Below, piece by piece: positions 44,418 through 56,008 of a DNA stretch of 64,000 nt. This DNA is from Tortispora ganteri (taxonomy: Eukaryota): assembly GCA_003707115.1 (NCBI GenBank), contig PPNB01000010.1:1-64000 (forward strand), in the 5' to 3' direction. The position numbers and the translations under genes were made by a program. Each line of letters opens with the position of its first letter. Position 1 is the stretch's first letter. The notes under the pieces were generated by a model. It searched no databases, was not told the DNA's origin, and saw only the letters and a list, made by a program, of their open reading frames with translations.

Positions 44418-44430
44418 AAGCAGTCACAAT
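44418..44430 (+). promoter_or_regulatory. Homol-D box in the RPS12 promoter
   Basis: AAGCAGTCACAAT, identical to the RPL30 element; AACCCTA just upstream at 44396-44402. Confidence 0.75.
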
Positions 44431-44562
44431 GATGATGGTCCCAAACCTAGACAGGATTGTTGACGCAACTGAGCTGATAATAGTTACATATTCAAGGACT
44501 GAGCAGACCGATTAGAAAATATCTGACGACGACGTCCATTTTTGAAATATTCCAATATAATA

Positions 44563-45003
44563 ATGTCTGATACTGAATACGTCGAAGAAGTTGTTGTCGA
44601 TGAGGAGATCGATGTCACAGTAGCTGGTGGTGAACTCGATGTCGAAGACTGCCTAAAGACTGTCTTCCAGAACGCTCTTGCCGTTGACGGACTTGCACGC
44701 GGTCTCCGCGAAGCCTCAAAAGCTTTGTCCAGTGGACTTGGTGAGCTCTGCGTATTATGCGATGCTTGCACTGAGCCAGAGTACATTAAACTTGTTGAGG
44801 CTCTCTGCAACCAGGAGGACGTTAAGCACGTCGACATTGTTCGTGTCTCTGATGCCAAGAAGCTTGGTGAATGGGCTGGACTTTGCGTTTTGGACCGTGA
44901 AGGTAATGCTCGCAAAGTTGTTGGATGTTCTTGCGTTGTTATCACTAACTGGGGTGCTGACTCCACTGAGCGCGAGACTCTTCTCAGCCTCTTCTCTGAG
45001 TAA
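44563..45003 (+). CDS. RPS12: 40S ribosomal protein S12 (eS12)
   Basis: DGLARGLRE, LGEWAGLC, LDREGNARKVVGCS; first ATG at 44563. Confidence 0.97.
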   Translation: MSDTEYVEEVVVDEEIDVTVAGGELDVEDCLKTVFQNALAVDGLARGLREASKALSSGLGELCVLCDACTEPEYIKLVEALCNQEDVKHVDIVRVSDAKKLGEWAGLCVLDREGNARKVVGCSCVVITNWGADSTERETLLSLFSE

Positions 45004-45071
45004 TTACGAAAATTATGATATCATAATGTGATTGCTATAATCTATTAGCCTGAAAAAATTGTCATTTTTAT

Positions 45072-45668
45072 TCATTTCGTAGCGCTAAGCACTGTTATAT
45101 CGTCAGAAATTTCGGTAAGGCTTCCCTCTAAAGAGATCACTTTACCCGACAGATGAACACCAGTTATGAGAAACTTCATTTTGCCCTCTACCTGTGTGCC
45201 ATTTGAGTCTACCCAGAATCCTTCAGATTCATCATCGGCCTGTCCAGGTTTAAATTTCCAATTCGAGGGTATACTATCGAGCTTTATAGAGGCGTTAAAC
45301 ACGTTGCATACGAGTAGGCCGATGTGTGAAGGCGACTGTAGATTAACCCATCCGGCCATTACTTGACCTACTTTTGGTTTCCAGACAAGTAAATCGGTCG
45401 AAACCCAGGCATAAGAGAAGGGGCTTTCTGCAGATACTATTCCAGAACTGAGCATTTTTAAATTTGAGTACGATAATACAATTCCCTGCACGGCAGAGGA
45501 ATATGTCATTATAAGTTGATCTAAGTGTTGTGATTGTACACCCGCTGACAAATCTAGGCAGTATTGTGGTGCAATAGATGCATATAAATTGATATTAACT
45601 AAACAAATACCATTAACCACTTGGCTTTGTTTCTGCGGCCGATCAACTTTGATCCTTTTCCGGGACAT
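45072..45668 (-). CDS. RPA43: RNA polymerase I subunit A43
   Basis: GIVLSYSN, VWKPKVG, QSPSHIGLL..NVFNASI; first ATG at 45668. Confidence 0.88.
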   Translation of the reverse strand: MSRKRIKVDRPQKQSQVVNGICLVNINLYASIAPQYCLDLSAGVQSQHLDQLIMTYSSAVQGIVLSYSNLKMLSSGIVSAESPFSYAWVSTDLLVWKPKVGQVMAGWVNLQSPSHIGLLVCNVFNASIKLDSIPSNWKFKPGQADDESEGFWVDSNGTQVEGKMKFLITGVHLSGKVISLEGSLTEISDDITVLSATK

Positions 45669-46034
45669 TGTTGAAGGTGAATAAGGAGGGAAAAATGTTG
45701 TTGCAAGTGTATTTTTTTTTTTACTTGAATTTGGGAGTATATTGACCAATCGTAAGAATTAAAATGTTGAGACAGTGAGACAATGAATACCTCATATTTG
45801 CACCAATTCTACAGATATATGTTTGTGAAAAAATATAATAAATATGTATAGAATATAGATCGAGGAAATGCAAAAAATTCTAGCAATCGATATTAAATAA
45901 TGTCAGTTAGCGCGGTAAAAGAAGAAACATCAAATTACTTTATTTGTAAACCTTATTGTGAAAAAAAAGTAATGGAAATTTATCCATAGAATACATACGT
46001 AATTTTCGTCTCTAATATAGCACGGTAAAGTAAT

Positions 46035-46919
46035 ATGTCTGACGAGATCATTTGGCAGGTGATCAACCAGCAATTCTGTTCTTTTAAAGTAAAGACAAAC
46101 AAGGAACAGAACTTCTGTAGGAACGAGTACAACGTATCAGGATTATGTTCTAGACAGTCATGTCCACTGGCCAACTCAAAGTATGCAACAGTGCGATCTA
46201 TAAAAGGAAGGATTTATTTATTCATAAAGACGCCTGAACGGGCTCACTTACCATCAAAACTTTGGGAGCGGATCAAGCTGTCGAAACAGTATTCAAAGGC
46301 ATTGGAGCAAATCGATAGACACCTTATTTATTGGCCCGATTTCCTTATACATAAATGCAAGCAGCGTATGACTCGCCTGACACAAATAGCTATAGCATCG
46401 CGCCGATTAGCACTGAAGGAAGATGAACAGCGACTTGTCAGCGTAGCGCCCAAAGTACGTCGACGAGAGGCTACACGGGAACGGAAAGCATTAGCTGCAG
46501 CTAAAGTAGAGCGAGCCATCGAGCGGGAGCTACTGGATCGCTTAAAGTCGGGCGCGTATGGAGATAACCCGCTCAATGTTGATGAATCATTATGGAAAAG
46601 AATTATGGATAAGCAATCAGAGAGTGTACGACAAGACGAACTGGAACAAGAAGAACTTGATGATGAGGATGAGGATGAAGAGGAAGAGATAGAATACGTT
46701 ATGGCTGAAGACGATGACGAAGAATTGGCAGATATGAATGATTTAGAAGATTGGCTTGGTTCACAGTCTGAATCTGAGTCAGAAGATGATTCGGACGACG
46801 ATTCAGACGAAGATCAAAACCGTAAACGATCTAATGATTCAGATAACGGACCTCAGCAAAAACGACGACCTCATATTGAAATCGAGTACGAGGTAAATGG
46901 TTCAAAGGAATTAGCATAA
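46035..46919 (+). CDS. MAK16: 60S biogenesis factor Mak16
   Basis: [35 protein letters not shown], acidic tail, IEIEYE. Confidence 0.97.
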   Translation: MSDEIIWQVINQQFCSFKVKTNKEQNFCRNEYNVSGLCSRQSCPLANSKYATVRSIKGRIYLFIKTPERAHLPSKLWERIKLSKQYSKALEQIDRHLIYWPDFLIHKCKQRMTRLTQIAIASRRLALKEDEQRLVSVAPKVRRREATRERKALAAAKVERAIERELLDRLKSGAYGDNPLNVDESLWKRIMDKQSESVRQDELEQEELDDEDEDEEEEIEYVMAEDDDEELADMNDLEDWLGSQSESESEDDSDDDSDEDQNRKRSNDSDNGPQQKRRPHIEIEYEVNGSKELA

Positions 46920-47043
46920 TATGTTATATAATAGCATGATAACGCACATTATTGTAGTCAATTTTGGCAGATCAGATCTAACTAGCGTATACTCCTCTAC
47001 ATTTACTGCCTGTTCCTATTACTCCTCTCTTCCCTTTTTCCCC

Positions 47044-48630
47044 ATGGACTGGTCCAGCACCGATTCGCCAGTATCAGGCGAACGAAATCGTACACGACGG
47101 TCTAGGCATAGAATTCGGAGATTGCATGTCTTAATAGATGGGAAGAACCAGACAATCGCGAGGAAAGCTGTTGAATCAACAATTGTACTAGGCATATTCA
47201 TCGCGGCACTACTCAAATCGGAGTCTCCTAATCTTCTGCCATATGTGCTCGTGATTGTTGTAGCCTTTATATGTTCAGCAATACTAAACCCTTTAAGAAC
47301 AGAAAATTATTTGACTATTCTATATACCACAACTCTACCGGTTCTGCTGAGTATTGTGTCGGTGAGAGACACGCTGCCTCTGCACGCCATGATCGCTATC
47401 TGCGCTTTACCCTTGCACGATTCTACTAAAGACGCAATAAATGCTGTGATTTTACCGCAAAACCTTTACACGCGTATATACTACCAGAGCTTTGAAACTA
47501 TTTTGTCTGATTCAGCTCAAAACTCCTTAACTGTCGCTGAAGGCCGTCTTTTTGCACAAGCGCTCACTAGCTTGACATTGGCCGCGCGCGCCACTGAACT
47601 CGTTATTCTACGGACGCTTCTAGTTGGCGGTATTTTTGCACTCTGGGGGATTTCTCCAATTGTTAAAAAAATAATGAAACTTTCGGGGACGCCACCACAC
47701 CGACGACCGGTCGGCGCAGACACGCAAAAACTCAAGCTTGCCTTGCAAGCGCTTGCCGTTTTCGCTGTCGAGGTGTTCGCAGGTATAAGGTACGTTCTTG
47801 CACAACAGCTTGGAGTAGACCCTCTATACTACTTGTACTATCTTGTGTTCTACAATTCTGAACCATTTGCGTTTAGAAATGTGCACATATTCATGTCGGT
47901 ATACTGGCTGACGATCTTGATGATAGTAGTGCCGCTAGTAGACTACTTCTCGCCGTCCTGGACAGATATAGATGCGCGCAGAAAAGTGTGGCACTTTACT
48001 GTCGTTGTTATGTTTCTACTTGTTGGCGTCAATTTCGATCCTATGTATATAAGCTTAGCGCTGGCTGGAACGCTATGTATCTTTTTCCTACTGGAGTATA
48101 TCCGGATTACTACTATTCCACCACTCGGTCCGTGGTTGCAGCGGCATATTATGAACTTTGTTGATAAGAGAGACACTTGTGGACCAGTAGTAGTCTCGCA
48201 TATATTCTTATTACTCGGTATCGGGTTTCCTCTATTTTTGGGCTATTCGCCTGTTGGCATTATATGTCTGGGGCTGGGCGACGCGTGTGCGTCTACTTTT
48301 GGCCGCCGGTTTGGCCACCACAAATGGCTCGGTTCCAGTAAAACGCTAGAAGGGTCGCTGGCGTTTGTGGTTGCTTCGTTTTCTGGGTTCTGGATAATGC
48401 AGAATTTTGAGCTGCTGGCGTCACGAATGCCCGGCGACCCTACCGATCAGTTTTCATTACGCTATTGGTTCGATTTAGGTGCTGTTGGATACAAGCAGTA
48501 CCCGCAACTCACAATATTACAGATTCTTATTGTGACAGTCGTGCCGTGTTTACTGGAGGCTGTTTCCGGCATGAACGACAATGTCCTTGTCCCGGTAATG
48601 ATGTTCTCGTTAGAGCGAATTTGTCGATAA
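47044..48630 (+). CDS. SEC59: Dolichol kinase
   Basis: Multi-TM protein; RRKVWH, DKRD.GP..SHIFLL, LGLGDACAS..G, KTLEGS, NDN. Start may be 46921 or 47044. Confidence 0.92.
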   Translation: MDWSSTDSPVSGERNRTRRSRHRIRRLHVLIDGKNQTIARKAVESTIVLGIFIAALLKSESPNLLPYVLVIVVAFICSAILNPLRTENYLTILYTTTLPVLLSIVSVRDTLPLHAMIAICALPLHDSTKDAINAVILPQNLYTRIYYQSFETILSDSAQNSLTVAEGRLFAQALTSLTLAARATELVILRTLLVGGIFALWGISPIVKKIMKLSGTPPHRRPVGADTQKLKLALQALAVFAVEVFAGIRYVLAQQLGVDPLYYLYYLVFYNSEPFAFRNVHIFMSVYWLTILMIVVPLVDYFSPSWTDIDARRKVWHFTVVVMFLLVGVNFDPMYISLALAGTLCIFFLLEYIRITTIPPLGPWLQRHIMNFVDKRDTCGPVVVSHIFLLLGIGFPLFLGYSPVGIICLGLGDACASTFGRRFGHHKWLGSSKTLEGSLAFVVASFSGFWIMQNFELLASRMPGDPTDQFSLRYWFDLGAVGYKQYPQLTILQILIVTVVPCLLEAVSGMNDNVLVPVMMFSLERICR

Positions 48631-48785
48631 CGACTAAAAAAATACTAAACTAATGCATTGTGACACTATTAAATAATTTATTTACTTATTAATATATTAT
48701 AGAAATATATTCTTATTATATTATAGAGATTGTCAAATCACTTACATCTGTTTGAATTCTAATAATTGACTTCTCAAGAGTCACA

Positions 48786-50981
48786 ATGTGGCCTTCATAT
48801 TTCAGACATGCAGTCGAATCAGGAATAGGAAGGCCAGGATACGTGATTCCTTCAGATGACGGTATTATTACTGCGCACAGGTATAATCTGTTTTATGAAG
48901 TGAAGAAATCGCTATCTCTATTGCCTCCATCACGCAATTTGCTCGATGTTGATACGTACACGGACTTCGTCTTGCACTCAACTGACACGAACACTATGAG
49001 TGCCAGAACAATGGTTGATTTAGAACTTCTTTCAGGACAGAAGGAATCTTTAAGAGAGAACAAACTTTCTTTATTGCAAAATAAGTCTCTCGTCGACAAA
49101 CACACTCCTACCGGCATACTCGGTGCAGCTGTTGGCCCAGTCCGCTCTGATTTCTTGCATGGAACATTTGATTCAGAAACATTAGACTTCTCGTGCTGTG
49201 AACGCATACGCTACACATCAGCTATATCAGAAATATGTTATAGTGATAATGTTTTAACTGATTCCCCATTAGTGGCTGTTAGATCCGATACCGCAGTCGA
49301 TTTCTACCAAACTATTGTCGAGCCATATTCCTGCAACCACTTAACTACTATACAAGTAAGTCTGGACACTATGACCCCGTCTCGCTTTCATAAATCACAA
49401 TGGCTGCTACTAAGAGACGAAATGGTGGCATTATTTGATGTCCAATCAGATTCGCAAATCAACTGGAACAAGATACAGTTCCCGCACGACGAAGCTCGCC
49501 CGGACTTGCAGGCTTGTCCTATTAGAATTGCTCACTCTACAAACGACTCTACATTCATTGTAGCAAGAGGTGTTTCTGTTTACTCGCAAGACACTCGTTC
49601 TCAATCACCTGCAGTCGCAGCATACGATCTCAAGAGCGAATGCGTGGGTATTGTTAGGCCCGCACATGAGTACCACGCGTTCTTCATTACTGGTAGAGAC
49701 ATAGTGTGGTACGACTGCAGAATGTCTGGCAGAGGTATTCTATCTACAAACCATTATATGAATACTAACTCCATGTTGCGCTACGACTCTTGTACCTGCG
49801 GTTCTGAGACGGATATAATAACGGCCGCTGGCATGCAAGAAGCTGGCCTTTTGCACCGGTTTGGAACCGGCAATGACTTGCCTGGTATTTCTAAGATCCC
49901 GTCATTTTTGAATTTGCGCAGCAAACACGATATACCGCTGCTGTCTTTCAGCATAGTATCCCCCAAGAAAGATCAGGACGGCTTAAACGAGCTGGCTATA
50001 GTCGGGCTCCATGTGGACATGGAGCTCATGGCTCACAAAGTCGGAGTCAAAAGTAAACGTGGAATGAATCGCAGTGAAAGGCCTTTGGATCAGTACCCGC
50101 TAGATTCTGGTAAATTTGTGCCCGATGGCAGGTCTATTGATACAATGACAGCGATCGACGCACCGGTTCCTGATGAAACAGGGGTCTCATTTAGAGACGC
50201 TTTATCACTATTCCAAGCATTTTATGGATCAGAAGTTATGCTTAAAAGTGCAGACAATGTATCTGTTCGTGCCATTGTGAGCAAGATCAAAAGTCACATT
50301 TCGCGGGTGAATGAGAAACAACCCACAAGATTTTTAAGACTGTTATACATCTTAGAAGAATGTGGAAAGCTCATCAGCGAGCCTCCGGACTCAATTACAG
50401 TAATGCAACAACTTGTTGATACGATAGTGCATGATGATCAACTGAAACTGATCGTATACGACATGAAGATTGGCGGAATGTCATTTAAAGGATCTGCAGT
50501 AGGGGCAATGTACGACTACCTTGAGGAAACTTACGTGGAATCTCTTAACAAGGATGTTGTTACTAAGGGAGGTATTGAAAAGAAACGAAGCGTATGCTTG
50601 AAGGTAGCCTTTGTCTGCAGCGTCTCTGCAATTGCTGTTAGGATGGAACAAGGCCAAGAAGACGCAAACGTCGATCTTCTGGCCGAAGCGCTTGGATTTC
50701 CAGCAGATGAAGGCTCGAATGAAGTTATACAGAGAGTATTAATGGACTGGGATGTTTTACCGGATGATTGGGAAGAGTTATCGCTTGCCAAAGATGCGCG
50801 AAGACGATTGTTGCGTAGTCGAGCGAGACAACGTCCTGGATCGACTACGCCTTCGTCTTCACAGCAGGAAGCGCCGAGACTTAAATTACAGCGACCATCC
50901 GCAGGACTAGTAATGTCTCAGATAGAACGAGGCAAATTTGGAAGTCGCAAGAAGAAAAGAAAGACGGAAGGATTTAGATAG
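48786..50981 (+). CDS. RRN6: RNA polymerase I core factor Rrn6-like protein
   Basis: Beta-propeller-like N half (IVWYD.R) and C-terminal SQIERGKFGSR.KK....GF typical of fungal Rrn6; divergent. Confidence 0.65.
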   Translation: MWPSYFRHAVESGIGRPGYVIPSDDGIITAHRYNLFYEVKKSLSLLPPSRNLLDVDTYTDFVLHSTDTNTMSARTMVDLELLSGQKESLRENKLSLLQNKSLVDKHTPTGILGAAVGPVRSDFLHGTFDSETLDFSCCERIRYTSAISEICYSDNVLTDSPLVAVRSDTAVDFYQTIVEPYSCNHLTTIQVSLDTMTPSRFHKSQWLLLRDEMVALFDVQSDSQINWNKIQFPHDEARPDLQACPIRIAHSTNDSTFIVARGVSVYSQDTRSQSPAVAAYDLKSECVGIVRPAHEYHAFFITGRDIVWYDCRMSGRGILSTNHYMNTNSMLRYDSCTCGSETDIITAAGMQEAGLLHRFGTGNDLPGISKIPSFLNLRSKHDIPLLSFSIVSPKKDQDGLNELAIVGLHVDMELMAHKVGVKSKRGMNRSERPLDQYPLDSGKFVPDGRSIDTMTAIDAPVPDETGVSFRDALSLFQAFYGSEVMLKSADNVSVRAIVSKIKSHISRVNEKQPTRFLRLLYILEECGKLISEPPDSITVMQQLVDTIVHDDQLKLIVYDMKIGGMSFKGSAVGAMYDYLEETYVESLNKDVVTKGGIEKKRSVCLKVAFVCSVSAIAVRMEQGQEDANVDLLAEALGFPADEGSNEVIQRVLMDWDVLPDDWEELSLAKDARRRLLRSRARQRPGSTTPSSSQQEAPRLKLQRPSAGLVMSQIERGKFGSRKKKRKTEGFR

Positions 50982-51101
50982 ATTTGCGAAAGACATAAAC
51001 AGTGCTGGATTTTAAGGTTTTTGTTAGTTGACCTACACCAAAACCTTACCCCAAACAAATAACATACAAAAAACCAATCACTTCTACTTTTTAATAAAAC
51101 G

Positions 51102-51818
51102 ATGAGTGTAAACTCAACGCCTAATTCATCGCAAGTGCCTACAGGTCGATGGGATCATCCATCAATAGGGGCTACGCAGGAACGACTACGTAAATACAGC
51201 TTCACGCAGACAACAGCGCGTCGTATATTCATGAATGCCATCGGATGGCTGTTATTCAACTTTGTGAGAACTATAGTTTCTGATTTTGGTATCGAATCAT
51301 TTTTGAACCGTCTCAATTTGTCAGCGTACAATAAATATTTGACTTACTTTTCATTCGGCCTGCAAATATTGTTTGCCTGGAACATAATCGATGGTGTACT
51401 TAAACTGATCAAGCCGGAAGACCCAATGCTCGATTTGCCGCTCACACCTACCCAAAGACGTCTTCTAGGACTAACTCCGCGTGCTTCCCCGCAAGGTACA
51501 CCGATACCCACTCCTCCTAAATACATCAAGTCGCCACTTCAAGGATCACCTGCCACTTCGCGGTTTGCCAAAGTTAAAGCTACTTCGACGCCAACTCCAC
51601 CTAGTGCTACCAAAAACACGCCTGAGTCTTCCAAAACCGATACTACTCGTCAGTTTTCCAAAGCTGTAACTACTTCTTTGGGCACTAGTTCGAATGTCAC
51701 TTCTACGAGTGTTTCTAAAGTTGGCCCATCAGGAAGCCCAATGGTTAGCACTCAGTATTCGCCGTCAATATCACCTTCCTCTAAGTTCTTCTACATGACA
51801 GAGTCTCCGAAACGTTAA
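51102..51818 (+). CDS. POM34: Nuclear pore membrane protein Pom34-like
   Basis: PTGRWDHP, two TM helices, LPLTPTQRRLLGL, Ser/Thr/Pro-rich tail. Confidence 0.75.
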   Translation: MSVNSTPNSSQVPTGRWDHPSIGATQERLRKYSFTQTTARRIFMNAIGWLLFNFVRTIVSDFGIESFLNRLNLSAYNKYLTYFSFGLQILFAWNIIDGVLKLIKPEDPMLDLPLTPTQRRLLGLTPRASPQGTPIPTPPKYIKSPLQGSPATSRFAKVKATSTPTPPSATKNTPESSKTDTTRQFSKAVTTSLGTSSNVTSTSVSKVGPSGSPMVSTQYSPSISPSSKFFYMTESPKR

Positions 51819-51856
51819 TATTTACATAAATCCAGTTACTATTTTCTGGCTTGTGT

Positions 51857-52405
51857 TTATCTTCTGGCACTTTTACGGATAGCTCTAATTTTGCTCAGTA
51901 ACTTGCCTTCGACGTCGCCTAGATCATGTTTAGGATGACGAAGATAGAAGAGTTTGTTAAGTTTAACCGGCTTGGGAGATCTCTGAACAACATCAATCTG
52001 CTTAAGGAGGGGCGAATATAACGGAATTTTCATTTCAGTGCCGATTTTAGTGTATCGATTCCTTAGACGGAAAGTGGTGCTCATTCCCCGTCGATATATT
52101 GCCATAACTACTCCCACAATAGGCGTTTCATCAGCAAACGAGACTCTGACAATATCTTTCACTCTCACTGCTTCATCATTCTTTCTACTGAAAATAGTGC
52201 TTTTCCAGTTATCAGGGTCTAATTGTTTCATGTTTTTCTCTTCAACCAAAGCGAGTGGATGTGTGTGTTTTGGTAGTCGTTTAGGAATGGGTTTGACAGG
52301 GACTAACAATTTCGCCGGCCCATTCTTAATCTTCTGAAGATCATATGCACTAGGAAATGACGGAGAGATGTGCTTCAAAAGTCTTTTTCGAAGGAACCCA
52401 CTCAT
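51857..52405 (-). CDS. IMG1: Mitochondrial ribosomal protein bL19m
   Basis: GVVMAIYRRG..TTFRLRN....IGTEM..PLYSP and KLFYLR; alternative ATG at 52495. Confidence 0.88.
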   Translation of the reverse strand: MSGFLRKRLLKHISPSFPSAYDLQKIKNGPAKLLVPVKPIPKRLPKHTHPLALVEEKNMKQLDPDNWKSTIFSRKNDEAVRVKDIVRVSFADETPIVGVVMAIYRRGMSTTFRLRNRYTKIGTEMKIPLYSPLLKQIDVVQRSPKPVKLNKLFYLRHPKHDLGDVEGKLLSKIRAIRKSARR

Positions 52406-52639
52406 TTTCGCACAGTGCCGAAACAAAAAATATCGGCTGGAACCAAAACGTGAGTAGGTTTGCGAGTCTCCGAAAGATGGTTTTTTTCTCGACATACCCA
52501 GCTCTTAGCAACCAGCAATCAAGTCCCTCCTTGTTCCATGACAACCGCTTTGCCGGAGTATCGAACCGATTGCATCATTTATATCTCACTCATTTCTTAG
52601 TGTTTTAGTGACGCTCTAAGTTATTTCGATCTTAAAATT

Positions 52640-53716
52640 ATGAGAGTGACGCAATTTGCCTTTAGAAATATCAAAGTTGCACTTTCGAATGACTCGATCC
52701 GACATGGGCTCCTCGAAACCGTCGGTGCTACTCCACTAGTCAGGCTGAATGGGATCTCGGAAGAAACGGGGTGTGAAATTTTGGCCAAAGCTGAACAATT
52801 GAATCCGGGAGGTTCTGTAAAAGACCGAGCTGCTTTGTATATGATACGGCAAGCAGAAGTAGACGGTAAGCTACAACGAGGAGGCGTTGTAGTTGAGGGT
52901 ACTGCCGGTAATACAGGAATCGGATTGGCTCACATATGTAAAGCTCGAGGATACAAGTGTGTTATTTATATGCCTGACACTCAATCTCAGGGCAAAATCA
53001 ACACCCTGAGGTTTCTAGGAGCTGAAGTACATCCTGTTCCTGCAGTACCGTATGACAATCCGGAGAACTTTAATCATCAAGCGAAGCGACACGGAGAATC
53101 GATTAAGAATGCTGTTTGGACAGATCAATTCGACAATTTAGCGAACAGGCAAGCCCATATTGAAACTACTGGACCTGAAATCTGGGCACAAACGAACGGC
53201 AAAGTAGATGCATTTGTATGTGCAACAGGTACAGGTGGGTCACTTGCGGGAGTGACTAGCTACCTCAAAGACATTAGTCGTGGAAAGACACAATGCTACC
53301 TCGCCGATCCTCCAGGATCAGTACTCTACACATATATCACATCCGGTGGTAAACTAATTGAGAGATCAGGATCATCGATCACTGAAGGAATTGGGCAAGG
53401 GCGTGTTACTAACAATCTTGCGCAGGATATAGAGAAACTTGATGGAGCTCTTCATATCAAAGACGAGGATACGATTGCTATGTTGTTCCGTATTCTCGAT
53501 GAGGAAGGATTTGATTTAGGTGCTTCGTCTAGCCTAAATGTGAGGGCTGCTTATGACTTAGCAAAGAAACTTGGACCAGGACACACTATTGTCACATTGA
53601 TGTGCGATGGGGTTGGGCGATACGCTGACAGGATATTCTCGAAGAAATGGATACAGTCGAAAGGATTGTGGGATGCCATTCCCGAAGAATATAAGCATTA
53701 CCTAATTCTCGATTAG
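52640..53716 (+). CDS. Cysteine synthase (O-acetylserine sulfhydrylase, cysB/cys11 type)
   Basis: PLP lysine motif [29 protein letters not shown]; no CBS domains; short presequence. Confidence 0.9.
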   Translation: MRVTQFAFRNIKVALSNDSIRHGLLETVGATPLVRLNGISEETGCEILAKAEQLNPGGSVKDRAALYMIRQAEVDGKLQRGGVVVEGTAGNTGIGLAHICKARGYKCVIYMPDTQSQGKINTLRFLGAEVHPVPAVPYDNPENFNHQAKRHGESIKNAVWTDQFDNLANRQAHIETTGPEIWAQTNGKVDAFVCATGTGGSLAGVTSYLKDISRGKTQCYLADPPGSVLYTYITSGGKLIERSGSSITEGIGQGRVTNNLAQDIEKLDGALHIKDEDTIAMLFRILDEEGFDLGASSSLNVRAAYDLAKKLGPGHTIVTLMCDGVGRYADRIFSKKWIQSKGLWDAIPEEYKHYLILD

Positions 53717-54298
53717 AATGAGTGTTATGGATTTAGATTATTATATATATATATTTATATATAATTAATTTTTTTTCGGGCCACTGGCGCTTTTGTTAGT
53801 ATACATCTGCTTTAACCAGGGTCAAAATAAATAGTAGCAGTATATACTTGAATCCGTACCTGAAAAAGAGCACAAATTACCCTACCGTGTGGAGTCCTTA
53901 TGTATCAGGGTCGCAGATCCACCTGACGTACGATCAAGCTGATTGCGACTGCACTTTTAGGATTAATTCAATCTAATAATTTATTAGTGAAATATTTTTA
54001 CAGTGAGTTTGAAAATCTCGCGATATTTGTGGGCTGTTTCAACGGCACTAGAGCTGTTCTCGAGACGGTCCTATTTTTGGATCTGAAGAATTCAAAGGAT
54101 ATTAGGCTTTTTCCTATAGCTTAACGTGGAAAGGGGGGTCTTGCGTAAACCCTTTAAGTTACTCTCAGCCTAATAGTAATCCCTTTCCTTCTTTACTTCC
54201 AAACTAGTATACACTTTCTGTTCGAGAAAGAAGGATAGGTTTCGTCGGCAATTCATAAAATTGCTCTGACGTGATAAACAATATTTATTACCGGAAGA

Positions 54299-55900
54299 AT
54301 GGAGGCGAATAAATCGAGTACGAAGACGAAGTCCAGACTCTCGACAGCTAACTTCTCAGGCTTTAATTTAAGGAGACTCGCCTCGATATCGTCCTCGTCC
54401 GATTCCGGGACAAAACTCACATCATCTAGCTCTATGAAATCTATACCACGGTCGTTCTCTCAGAGATCTGGTGTCTCCTCGCTTCTCGGCTATCTGTCCG
54501 AGTCCAAACAAGAACGTAGATTAAAGCGACAGTCTACACTGATAACCAGCAGTTCGGAGCACAAAGATCCGGTCGTTGATATAGTTCCTACTTGTTCAAA
54601 AAACTCTGTTAGCAGTACTGTTCCTAGCACGGTTCCACGAACGACTACGGCTTCGCGCCCTTTGCCTCCGACGCCTGAATCCACCAGCACTGTCACGCCG
54701 AGCGGTTCAGGCGATCAATCTCCAACGCATAGGAAAGTCAAGTCGCTAATCATTGACCAACCAAAATCGGATCCTCCTGCAAGTTCAGACACGAACAGTA
54801 CAAATGCTGATGTCGAAACGCAGGCAGAACCTGCAGCCGAACAAAATTCTATTAAGGAGCTGCAAAATTCCACCCCCACATTAGCTCAGTCTGACCGGCC
54901 TACGAAGAGTTACGAAAATACCGATATTTATAGTGATATCAATACACTTTCGGAAGATTCAGTTACAGAATCAGGACATAGCCGTTCCTCGTCTGCTGTA
55001 ATTGCAGTTGGCGCGTACCCAGACGACCTAATTAGATCGGCGGCCGAGACTATTCGTTTGAAACGGCTAGAATCAAAAGGTATGAAGCGTCGATCACGCG
55101 CATTTGGATTCTTTAACAAAAAACCGTCAGATAATGTAGACATTTTTGGGATGTCTCTTAAAGAAGCTGTGACAGAGACCAGACCTTTGCATGCCGACGT
55201 AATGAGCGAGAGCTACTGGATGCCTGCATTTGTGTATGAATGCATTAATTATTTGAATGAGTATGGGCTCTCAGAAGAAGGAATTTATCGCATTTCAGGT
55301 GGTGCTGTGTCTGTGCACTCACTACGAAGAACGGTGATCAGCAGCGGACGAGATTTCAATTTTAAATCAGAAAGGAACCGCACAGATCCTCACACCGTCA
55401 CGTCGCTCTTCAAGACGTACCTTCGCGAACTTCCTGAGCCGCTGTTGCCCAGTACGCCGGACATGTTTGCAGTTATGACCTCGAATAAAGAGCCATACCC
55501 ACTGGAGGAGATTAGATGGTACATGCAGCGGCTGCCTCCGTACAATTTTTACACCGTTAGAGCATTGTGTCTGCATCTCTACAAAGTGTCGAATTTGAGT
55601 TCAGTGAACAGGATGACTCTTTCAAATCTAGGAGTGATTCTGTGTCCAACTTTGCAGGTTGAATTCAAGTTATTCTATTGGCTTATAACCTACGCTCCTG
55701 AGTGCTTCAAAGGATTAGAATGTGAAAGTAAGATAGACTGTTTGCTGTCTGAAAGTCGGGCTTTAAAGGGAGAAAACACGAATGGGGTTCTAGAGGTGCA
55801 ACATGAGCCTATGAAACTTGATTTAGAGATCGACGAATCGCCTCTAATCGCTGCGAGCAATGACTTTCACATTGAAGAAGATAACGAGATACAGTCATGA
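54299..55900 (+). CDS. RhoGAP-domain protein
   Basis: EEGIYRISG arginine finger, FKTYLRELPEPL, NRMTLSNLGVILCPTL; Ser-rich N-terminus. Confidence 0.9.
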   Translation: MEANKSSTKTKSRLSTANFSGFNLRRLASISSSSDSGTKLTSSSSMKSIPRSFSQRSGVSSLLGYLSESKQERRLKRQSTLITSSSEHKDPVVDIVPTCSKNSVSSTVPSTVPRTTTASRPLPPTPESTSTVTPSGSGDQSPTHRKVKSLIIDQPKSDPPASSDTNSTNADVETQAEPAAEQNSIKELQNSTPTLAQSDRPTKSYENTDIYSDINTLSEDSVTESGHSRSSSAVIAVGAYPDDLIRSAAETIRLKRLESKGMKRRSRAFGFFNKKPSDNVDIFGMSLKEAVTETRPLHADVMSESYWMPAFVYECINYLNEYGLSEEGIYRISGGAVSVHSLRRTVISSGRDFNFKSERNRTDPHTVTSLFKTYLRELPEPLLPSTPDMFAVMTSNKEPYPLEEIRWYMQRLPPYNFYTVRALCLHLYKVSNLSSVNRMTLSNLGVILCPTLQVEFKLFYWLITYAPECFKGLECESKIDCLLSESRALKGENTNGVLEVQHEPMKLDLEIDESPLIAASNDFHIEEDNEIQS

Positions 55901-56008
55901 ACAATACCACGAACCAGCATTGATAAGTGAACTAAACGTTCCAAAATGATTCAAAACGAACCAAAAATCCCTTTTATTTCAATTATTACATAATATATTA
56001 TAATCTCA

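Noticed and set aside
44429..44502. Box C/D snoRNA (ATGATGA...CTGA...CTGA) upstream of RPS12
   Set aside because: No terminal stem, no rRNA-complementary guide that I could recognise, and it overlaps the promoter motif; a snoscan run would settle it.
44484..44966. Antisense or alternative-frame ORFs overlapping conserved genes (for example 44484-44966, 17470-17931, 63305-63745)
   Set aside because: Shadow ORFs produced by codon bias, with no recognisable motifs.
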